Below, in pieces: positions 54,076 through 64,000 of a DNA stretch of 64,000 bases. This stretch comes from Paragordius varius (Eukaryota; Animalia; Nematomorpha). The first letter of the stretch is position 1. Every line of letters starts with the position of its first letter. The DNA is taken from NCBI GenBank assembly GCA_964247055.1, contig OZ176054.1, positions 5,146,001 to 5,210,000 on the forward strand, read 5' to 3'. Below the pieces are notes generated by a model that worked only from the letters and a program-made list of their open reading frames with translations, searched no databases and was not told the DNA's origin. The position numbers and the translations under genes are program-made.

Positions 54076-54097
54076 CCCCCCCCCCCCCCCCCCCCCC
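54076..54097. repeat. C22 homopolymer (G22 on the minus strand)
   Basis: 22 consecutive C counted in the sequence. Confidence 0.9.
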
Positions 54098-54764
54098 AAA
54101 AATGTTCTTTACATTAGCAATCAAAATATGTTATTAGTTATCCCCAATATTTTATTGCAGGTCATGTATAAGCAGGGCTTAAAATCGTTAAATAGTAGTA
54201 CATTTGCGTAAATATTTTTTCTATTGTAATACTGTATGCATTTTAATGGTTGCTTATTTCCACTATAGTTGGGAATTTGTTAAGTGGTATATGAAAAGAA
54301 AGGAAAAATTGTTTATTCAACATTTTGTTGTTTTTTCCATAGACTACTGTGTTGCGAATTGCCCAACTACAGTTCAAAATAAGCAATCATTTAAATGTTT
54401 ACTGTAATTATTTTATCTCTCTAAGTGTGTGGTAAAAGGGCATAAGCTCCAATACAATCAATAAAAAACAAATTTTTTAGGGATATGCACTTAAGGCTGT
54501 TTTGATTAACATGAAAAAATGTATACATCAATAGATTTAAATACCTGTATGGAAGATAGGGTTTTTAAAAAGAATATGTATTCTGCCAAGGACTGGGTTC
54601 GGATTTCTACATTAACTGTTAACCTAAAATGTTTTTGCAATAAATAATATGTAATATATTGGTTATTATTGATCTATATTGATGAGGAAGTCGAAGATTT
54701 TATTTATTGTTAAGCTTTATTTAAAATCGTAATGGTAAATAACGGATTGGTTATGTTTTTTAAT

Positions 54765-55193
54765 AACAGTTGTTAAAATCCGTAAGATAACGATAAAGGA
54801 AAATTAAATAGAATTAAATGAAAGTATAAATAGAAATTATAAACGATATGTGAAACCCCCTAATAGTAATCGCAGACTAGTTTCGTGCTTGTTAGCACCA
54901 TCAGTACGACCTATGAATTTAAATTTAATTTAATGGAATTTATGAAAATTAAACTTAAAATTTGAAAATAAACTGAAAATTTGAAAATAAACTGAAAATT
55001 AACTATAGGGGTGAGCCTAGATTTGGAGTATAGCTACTTAGGGATTTTATAGAAATCAATTTAATAAAAACTAGTCTGCGATTACTATTGACGAAGGGTT
55101 TCACATATCGTTTATAATTTCTATCTATACTTTCATTTAATTCTATTTAATTTTCCTTTATCGTTCGTTATCTTACGGATTTTAACAACTGTT
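54765..55193. mobile_element. MITE/foldback element with ~125-bp terminal inverted repeats
   Basis: The left arm aacagttgttaaaatccgtaagataacgataaagg...gtgaaacccc..aatagtaatcgcagactagttt (54765-54893) is the near-perfect reverse complement of 55068-55193. The interior carries a tandem duplication of aaaatttgaaaataaactg. Confidence 0.85.
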
Positions 55194-56206
55194 TATAAAT
55201 CATTTGCTTTACATGAAAACAATGTAAACGATATTTTTCTTTCAAATCCCATAAATTTTAAAATTAATGTCGGGTAAACTCAATTGTATAGCATTAACAT
55301 CTATAGATATTACAGCACAATGAACATGAATATTGGTTTATGGTTTATTGTTTTTTTTACTTAAATTTCAGCAATTATGGGATTCCCAAAAATATTTTAA
55401 ATTTGAATTAAATTATAATTAATATTTTTTATTTATTACTGATTATATTATTATTTATTTACAATTCATGATCTTTTGATTTTTTTGTCCGCGAGCACAT
55501 ATAGGGTAATTTTATATCTCAGAGCTCAATTTCGTAATTACACTACTGTAAAGCTATATTATTTAAATATATCTTATTAAGCATTGTTCTCCCGTACGTA
55601 AAAAACTGATACATTTTAGAGTGTAACTTCTAGGGTCCAAAATTGGGACAGCTCCAAAACACAATTGAAATAAACAGCTAATTTTAAAATCAATAAATAT
55701 CAAGGTTTTGCTGGTAAAATGTAACTAAAAGCTTATATTATTTATATACATTTTCTAACCATAAAATACATACATTTATTTGCTCATTGTGTTAGCATTT
55801 AAAAATTAAAGGAAGAATTTTTTTTAACGCCTCTATAAAAGAAATATTTTAAAATCGGCCTAATACCTCAGATACTTTTTGTGATATTCGAATTTAAAAT
55901 CGATCGCAAATAGCGCTAATAAATTCAGTAACAAAACAAAAAGTCCTAAATTTCATTACCTTGCATAAACAATTATACCATTATTGATTTAAGATCATAA
56001 CTTAATTTAAATCTCTTTTAAGGATGTCATGTTGCCTTCGCTTCCCTAAAAAATATTTTAAATTTCTCTTAAAATGGCTAAAAATATATTGTTTAAAAAT
56101 CATAAAATTATATATAGTATTTTATTATAAAGCCTTCTGATAGGTCTTTAGGCTGTAACTTTTTAATATGACGTCCATAGATATCTCTGTAAATGAGAAT
56201 CTAATT

Positions 56207-56280
56207 CAGGGGTGTCCAACACAAATGGCTTGAAGAGCCATATTTTCGACTTCAAAAATCCGAAGAGCCACATTTGAATT
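56207..56280. mobile_element. hAT (Charlie-like) MITE left end
   Basis: The first 25 bp are identical to 26224-26248. Confidence 0.5.
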
Positions 56281-56554
56281 CATATATATCAAGACATAAG
56301 TATCAAATAAATTTATTATATAAAATATAAGATATGTTAATTTTCATATAAATAACAAAATAACTCGTAAAAATATTATAATATTGCTAAATTTGCTGTT
56401 AAATTGTAATAAGTGTAAAAAAATTGATGTAATGCATGGACAAATTTAACAATTTTTTAAATATATCTGCCATTGATGAAAGCTTAAATAAAGAATATAA
56501 ATTCTGTTCGAGGATTTATGAATTTTACAGAAGACAACTTAAACACCCCATTTA

Positions 56555-56842
56555 AATTCCTGCTGAACCAAAAGCTTGTTTGTAAACGATAAAACACATG
56601 AATTCTTTCTGGAACTCTCTAGATGTTTCCATTATTCCTCTCATGTTGAATATATGGTCTCTACTTTTTCCTTTCATAAATCGCGGCTGATTTTCTCTTT
56701 CTGACTGTATAATACCCAGCATGTTTTGTATTTTTAGCATGACCCTACTAGTGTGGCCAATAAAAGAAGCTATGTTTCGGTAGTTTTCGCACTGGAGTAC
56801 ATCACCTTTTATATTGGGAAATATCAGTCCTTTGGCCACTCA
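56555..56842 (-). mobile_element. RTE LINE RT fragment, same family as 50368-53218
   Basis: The minus strand encodes KGDVLQCENYRNI..GHTSRVMLK...FMKGKSRDHIFNMRGIMETSREFQKE..CFIVYKQAF, homologous to about 51880-52180. Confidence 0.88.
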
Positions 56843-57021
56843 CATGTTTCCTACACTTTTTGGCATAACTTCTGTAATGTTTTCTACAGCAATGGCTTTT
56901 ACGAACTCTATTGGGATATTTTTTATCCCATGGCTATGTTCTTAGCAATTTTTTTAAGTGGTATTAAATAGAATTTGGAACATTGATAAACTTAAAATTT
57001 TTGAATTGTTTCTATGTTTAG

Positions 57022-60000
57022 ATCTACTAACAAAGTATTCAAATGAAATGACGAACATAAATAGTCAAATCGCACGAAGTACATTTGCAAACTCCAAACG
57101 CACAGATCGAGCAGAAATGGGAAAATTTCAAAAATTGCTGTTTCAACGGCTAACAATGCTAGAAAAATTTGTTCAAATGGGCAAAAATTATCAACATGCG
57201 CATAAATTTATGAATTACACAGAAAGAAAAATATTTAGTTTACTCATGAAAGAATTGGAATACCCCTTGTTCAAAAACATATCGTTTAGGTAAGAAACCA
57301 AAAGAATTGGTAATTTTATTTATAATTTGCTGAAATATATAAAAAAATATGGTAAATCCTAAAAATTTCAGTATAAAAATTTGTTTCCAATAATATTCAT
57401 TTAATATCAATGGATATTTATTTTTAACAAACATTAAATAATATTAAATAACGAATTTTCTGCCTAGTCTTTTTAGTGAATTTAATATCGACAGAGTTTA
57501 GAAGAAATTTAATAAACATATCATTATCATAATCCCCAAAAAATAAAATTAATTGTAAAACAAATTTCCATAACTGGTAAATTCTACCAAAAAATATTCA
57601 TTTATCATACAATAAAAACGCTTCACTTTAATGGATAAAATTTAAATGATGATAAAAAAGTTAATTCATACTGTTATTATCTAAAATTTAAAAATGGCAT
57701 TTTGTACATTGCAAAGTTGTAGAGCCGTTTCGTTAAATTAAAATCTTAGAATAAATTAGTGCAAACGGAAATCTACAACTCACTTTATTGTTTTCAATCA
57801 TATATCAATTGATTTAAATTAGACGAAAATTAATATTGATTTAATATTGGGCTTGATAAATACTAGAGTAAATTTTAGGAACATCAGAGGATTGGATTTA
57901 TAAAATATTATTAAATTATATTAGGACTTTCAAGGGTCATAGCGTCCAACTTTTTCGAAATTACATTGGTGTAAAGATAAATGATTCTAAATTGAGCCCT
58001 ACTCCTATAACTATACAACCTTCGACAGAAATGAAATATTTCCTGAATACTTTTAACATTTTGACCACTAACAATAATGGAAAAAATAATATTGAAAACA
58101 ATTTATATCATGCATACATCAATAAGATGCGAACAAAAAGAGTATCGGAAAAAGCCCCGATTTTATTGGACCAAACTTACAAAATGTTACAATCTTACAA
58201 AGAGTGTTGTTTAGCCAAGAGTATATTTATCATTAATAATAATATAAATTGATAATAATAAAACAATAAAAATCATAAGGCAACGCTAAAATTTAACTAA
58301 TCATTAAAAAATTATAAAAATAACTAATAATGTCATGAAATAAAAAAATTGTTGCTTTTGCTTGAAAAAATGTTGTCTTTGGTTGAAAAAATGCGTTTGT
58401 TTAAAAAATGTTGTCTTTGTTAAAAAAATGTTGTGTTTGCTTGAAAAAATGTTGCGTTTGATTGAAAAAATGTGTTTGGTTGAAAAATATAAAATGGTAT
58501 GTATTGTAAATTGAAATCATCTTTCCCATAAATAAATCATTTCTATAGACTGCGGAATATCATCAATTGGATATAGAGCAAATAATTGAATTGTTATGGG
58601 ACATTTATTATAAAAAATAATCCAGGTAAAATATGCATAAAAATAAAATTATCAACACCTTAATGTTAATTTCATCTGACTGGGTTAAATTTACACATAT
58701 ATCTATTAATACTTAACGGAAAATCTTTATTTTTGTATTTGATAAATATAATGTATACAACAACCTATTTATAAAACTTATTTCAACAATTTTTTATCAA
58801 AGCTTTAATTTGTACGAGGGATGATTCAACTTAGTTTTATAACCGATTATTATGTATATTTGTCTTATGTATTAAGGAAGAACAGTTATTTCGTGGGAAA
58901 AATATTAAAATGAATCCAAAGTTAAGGATTTATAAAAATGTTAGGTTTTTTTAAAGTAAGCTTTCCGAAATATAAAATTAAATGTGGGAAAAACGCGCCC
59001 ACACCTATTAAATCGTCATTAATATAAATTAATGACAAATTGTTAGAAAAACCGCAATAATTCATAAATTAATTTTTATGAATTTGTTTAAAAAAGTCAA
59101 AATAGCCATTTCGATGCATAAACGGTTTCTAGACTTCTGGATGTTGTTATAGAATTTAAAATTTCCTTGATCCAATGACTTAATATTTTTATTATATGTG
59201 AAAATTAAACAAAAATTTGCAAAGAATAAACCCTAAAATATTAACACAAATTATATGTATTAAATATTTTTTAGATGATGAAACGCAATCCTCGAATTAT
59301 TTGGCAACTTTAAAGCACAAATTATCCGAAGTTCAAAAATTTAAACAAAAAATTCTAACAAATACCAAAAAAATATTAAATTATACTAGGGCGGAGAACG
59401 TTCCAATATACCTTACAAGTAATTTATAGTAATTTAGGAGATAATACTAATAAATATATATATTATATATAAGCGGGACAATTTATTTCATAACCTATGA
59501 ATTAAAAATTTTGTTTTATATTTCACGATTTAAATTAGGATCTGTATGGGGGGATGATTGGACCGGTATTATACCCTATAATGTAAACTATGGCGAGCTT
59601 GTGGATAAGCAAATTTCGACAAAAAAATGGAACACAAGGACATTAATGGAAAAAGCTGACAAATATTTAATTTCTATCGGTTTTCCGCCCTTACCACAAT
59701 CATTCTGGGACGCATCGAATATCGAAACGTTTGAAAAGTGTAATTTACAAATCAAAGACAATTTGGCCTTCAATTTCCTACATGGTGAAGTTAGGTATTG
59801 ATACGCAGACAAAACGTAAAAATAAAGGCAAATATTTTTTTCTAAAAGACAACCAACCATCTTTTTAAATATAAATCAATGTTTAAAAATTAAAAATATG
59901 AAGAGTATTAGATCAGTAAGATAATCATATTTTACAATTGTAATTAAATAATTTATATGGGATAAATTAAGTTTTAAAAAAGTATGGTTGTCTTTTAAAA

Positions 60001-61906
60001 AAAAATATTTGTATTTATATTTTTACGTTTTGTTCGTATAATTTTAATTCTTACTGTAAATATATATATTATATATTGACGTTGCGAACCTTTTATTATT
60101 ATACTCTTTTTACCGATTTCAAATTATAATATCTTGTATTTTTAATCGGAGCTAACCCGCTGTTGGTGAGAGTTGGTAGCAAAGTTTTGCTTTCAATTGT
60201 TAACGGTTAACACTAAATTTGCATTTGCGAGGAACAATCTCTTTGATGTTCCAATCTTTTAAAAATCCTCCCTAACTAATATTCCAAAGTTGCCCGTCCA
60301 GAACAATGATATCAAAGATGATAAAAAACATAAAAAAAGAAAAATTTCTCCATTTATTTTTTCGTTATTTATTCTTAAATTTATTCATTCATATAGAAAC
60401 AAATGTATTAAAAATATGTCCCATATAGATATTATTAATATGAAAAGTTATAACAAAATAAGTTGGACTAAGCTTTCAATTGTGTCCATCCTATTATTTT
60501 GTACATAAATCAGTGGTTGATGAAGTCTACTCATTTATCACAAATATAAAAACTACCAAAACAAATTTGACTTTTTTAAGCTTCGCCTTCCCCTGCTTTT
60601 ATAGTTTATGAGTATTTAAAAAAATAGTCTTGTTTTCAATTATCCATATCCAATTATTTGCTTTAGAATCAACTTTTGTAATGATCCAACAATTGATTCC
60701 TGGTTTGATATATACCATCATCTGGGCCATATACATTACTTTTTGGCTACGAAAAATTTGACGTATCCATTGTGTAAATCGGCTCACCCGATGATAGAGG
60801 AAGCGGTGGGAAATATGTTGGCACTTTCAGCCCTACACCCTAAAAATTTGTATGATATGGGCCTGTTCAACACATATAAAGGTAAAAAATATTATATTTA
60901 ATAACAAATTACAAATTTTATTAATTTCTGATACATAGTCGTAATGGGAAGAATAAAATATGATACAAAAGCTAGAGCGATATTGGTCATTTTGGAGTTA
61001 ATGGCTAAAAGGGTTTCAAAGTTACATTAAATTTTTGTTAACATGTTATTAGGTGCTATACTGGTTTGCTGGCTATTTTGCAAGTCTGTTTTGATTATCA
61101 TGCATACATTTACGATACTCCAAATTGTCATAGCCATCATCAGCTTTTTATTTACATTTTATTCTTTTAAATCTCCTGGTGAGATGCCTTTATGTTTGTA
61201 ACAATATAATTATTGGGTGACTAAATAATTTTTACAATTCAAAATTAATTTGATAATATTCAACGCGTATAATATTATAGATAAATATGAAGCATACTAT
61301 GCACATTATTTGGCTATGAGAGACATCCCCAAAATCATGTATTTATTAAACTTGATGGAATGGAGACACAATGTAACACATGACAATGTAACTGTTGAAG
61401 GTATGCAAAAGCATTGGGAGCAATTAATGCTCCATTCCTTAAATCTTGAAATAAATGTTCCGGATAGAGTTATTGGGCATGACGAACACTCTTCCATATA
61501 CTTGGAGAAGGCAGAAAGTGCGAATAATGAAATGAATGGTTATTTTGACTTGGGTCGTAATTACTATATAGTAAGAAATGCAAACATAGAAAATCATTTG
61601 TTACCAATTTTGCTAAAGTATCAAATGTTAGCGGCCAATTGTGACAAAAAATCATATCTTAAATCATGTTATAACATTCAGGAGATCAATGGATCACATA
61701 TAAGGTTTATGATAAAAATATGAGTGTAAAAAATATAATTATAAATAATTTATTTTCATTGTAATTTTTATAATCCATTTTTTATATACAGGAGAGTATT
61801 GCAATTAGGCAAACGCATTGGATTACATCAAGCACTAAAAATGCTGACGGGATCAAGCGATATAGATTTTAGCACCATTTTATCATACCTTGATAGAGAT
61901 GATTGA
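57022..61906 (+). CDS. Angiotensin-converting-enzyme-like (peptidase M2 family) protein, predicted catalytically inactive; 5' end uncertain
   Basis: Well-supported exons: 59275-59419 (NVPIYL), 59540-59798 (SVWGDDW..KADKYLISIGFPPLPQSFWDAS..AFNF..VR), 60667-60881 (absent from the ORF track: INFCNDPTIDSWFDIYHHLGHIHYFL..AHPMIEEAVGNMLALSALHPKNLYDMGL), 61281-61704 (LAMRDIPKI..EWR..HW..YFD..LKYQM..C) and 61792-61906 (VLQLGK..ALKMLTG..IDFSTILSYL). These are collinear with the ACE core (LGDMW, FFTSL..PMP..FW, HHEMGH, GFHEAIG, ALS). Likely upstream exons are 57022-57289, 57925 to about 58222, 58549-58625 and possibly 56890-56960; these are less certain. Confidence 0.85.
58342..58487. repeat. ~20-22-bp minisatellite (aaaaaatgttgYStttgNttg), about 7 copies, in an ACE-like intron
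   Basis: Repeated aaaaaatgttg..tttg.ttg units read directly. Confidence 0.8.
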
Positions 61907-61947
61907 TTTATGATATGAGTTGTTACAAATTTTATATATAATTATCA

Positions 61948-63539
61948 TTAATTATTGGTTTTGGCAGCTCGAAATTCTGTCATAATTTGTACCGGTATCA
62001 AATTTTGTATCATATTTATACCATTTTCATCCTGTAAATAAGCAAATAAAATTCATGTACTGCTTTGCAATAAATGAATGATAAAATTGCGAAATGAATA
62101 ATTGAAAAATATGATAAATACATATTCCTGAGGAATATGGTGGCAAATTAAAATAAAATTTGATTTTGATTCTAAATATATTATATTTAAGTTTTATTTG
62201 GCCTCAAAATATAAGACGTAGTTAATTTTATCAATTAGACAATTGATACGTGCATCTACTAACTTTTAGTTTATAAAATTCAAAACGGTTAAAAATAATA
62301 TGCGCAATATAATTATTTATATAACAGTTCAAATAAAAACTCAATTCATAACATTCTTATTAATTGCTGTGAAAAGTATTATTACCTAATAGAATTATGG
62401 ACCATTTAATTGATTACTAAAGAAAAAAATGTAAATGTATGAAGCATGTAAGGTTTATTTTTTGCTTAATGCTTAATTTAAGGCAGAAAACAAAAAATAT
62501 ATACTTTATGTCCTTTTATCCATTACCAACTTAAAAACATATGCTTAATATATATGTGATACATTGATAAAAAATTATGACAAATAAAATACAAATATTA
62601 AAATTTATATGCGTAATGTTTTGAAAGGAGAAATCGATTAGACAAATTTTATAAATAAAAATATATGGTTATTTTATAGTTATATTACCGTGGTAAGATT
62701 AATGATTGAGTGATCTATAAATTCTCTCAAATGGGTACGCAAACCGGTTTCGTTACTGACTAAAAATTCTTCTCGGCATAGCATTAAGAAATCGTTAAAA
62801 ACAACTGAATTCTTTGGGGCTAACAAAAAGTATCAATAGAATCGTTAATAAATGATATTGCAATTATACTAGCTAAAAAACATGCTTAAATACGCGCTAT
62901 GTTTCTTATATACATGTATATAAAGTCCGCATTAACAAACAGGTAAAATGGTTAACAATTATTAATTTTGGTTAAATTAATTTTTAATAGTACATATAAT
63001 TTAAAAAAACATTTAGGACACGAAAAATGTCCCGAAAATGATCCATTGTTTTTTTGGTAATAATGGGTAAAAACAATTTTGCAAATCTTAAAGAGAGTCT
63101 TAAAAAATGTACGCTAAATCTTGTGTCTTATTATTAAAAATTTAAGTGGCCAAAGTTTAAACATATATACCTGTGGTGTCATCCGGATGTTCTAGCACCG
63201 CTTTTTGTTGCATAACATCTATAAACATGTCAAATATTTTTTTGGAATTTGCCGTTAAACTAGCATATATACGTTCAAGTGAAAGTAATTGTAACATAAA
63301 ATCATCCGTTTTTCCTTCCAAACTTGACGGGATCGAAGATAAGGAATCCGTAGCTAAAAAGAGTTGAGATAAAACATGATTGTTATTGATGTTAAAGTAT
63401 CGTTCAAGCGTTTGATTAACGTCAGTAGATTCATTTGCAATGCATATCAATTCATCTTGTTTAACAAATGGTATAAAGGTGGGCGTATGATGAAAAACCC
63501 AATTCCATTTATCCCATGAACAATCAAGTTCGTCCCACA
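61948..63539 (-). CDS. ORC2: Origin recognition complex subunit 2, last three exons (5' part outside the window or unresolved)
   Basis: Exon 63539-63171 (WDELDCSWDKWNWVFHHTPTFIPF...SLTANSKKIFDMFI), exon 62819-62689 (VFNDFLMLCREEFLVSNETGLRTHLREFIDHSII, matching the ORC2 motif CRE.FLV.S...LR..L.EF.DH) and exon 62031-61948 (DENGINMIQNLIP...*). Phases are consistent. Confidence 0.88.
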
Positions 63540-64000
63540 CTAGTGTATTTATATATATATATATATATATGATAGCCAAAAAAATTTAATCACAACTAGT
63601 TTAGTAAAAATTTTAACCAGATTAATTATATGTGAGCCTTGATAAAAAGATCGCCCCTATAAATTAGGGTAGAAAATAGTAAAAAATCAAAGTCAAAAAT
63701 ATCTTAAAAACAAGCACAGAAACAGCATAATAGCGGATTTTAGCAATTGTTAACAGCTGATTTAAGTATTGCATTCTTCCAGTATATATGCGATAGCGAT
63801 AGAAAAGATTGTTTTAATACTGAATACAAATCCTGTCTACATGACCTCTAATACAAATTAGGGTATTTTACCAAAAATTGTATAAAACTATATCATAAAT
63901 ACACACTTATTAAACATTGCACCAAATAAAAAAATATTTAAATAAGTATTTTTTTCACAGATAAAACCGACCGCAAAATTTGAAAAAGTTAAATAATAAT

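Noticed and set aside
61948-63579. Initial idea that the minus-strand gene was a lipid-binding CRAL-TRIO protein
   Set aside because: The CREEFLVS..LRTHLREFIDH exon and the WD..W.W...TF.PF motif identify ORC2.

Overview
AT-rich eukaryotic (animal, probably protostome-type invertebrate) genomic DNA with GT-AG spliceosomal introns, most of them 65-350 nt. I spliced five protein-coding genes by hand. (1) A 27-exon invertebrate Plexin-B-like receptor (+, 6279-19268). (2) A two-exon Hand bHLH gene (-, 27313-28623). (3) A LENG8/THP3-like SAC3/GANP-family gene (-, 37394-41700). (4) An ACE-like peptidase M2 homologue (+, about 57022-61906) whose zinc motif reads HHLGH instead of HEXXH. (5) The 3' part of ORC2 (-, 61948-63539, running off the window), convergent with the ACE-like gene and only 41 bp from its stop. 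The intergenic DNA is full of transposon relics: three copies of a non-autonomous Helitron family (two carrying internal ~500-bp tandem arrays), a ZMYM/TTF-type hAT nested inside a Mos1-like mariner, two more mariner relics, a Charlie-type hAT relic, a deleted piggyBac, a long-TIR MITE and a decayed RTE-clade LINE. The best leads are the predicted ACE pseudo-peptidase, a possible pair of 23-nt introns in LENG8, the Helitron-borne satellite with a double GNA-hairpin terminator, and a substitution in the plexin GAP arginine pair. I saw no rRNA, tRNA or CRISPR array. All exon boundaries, homologies and alignments are by eye; no searches were run.
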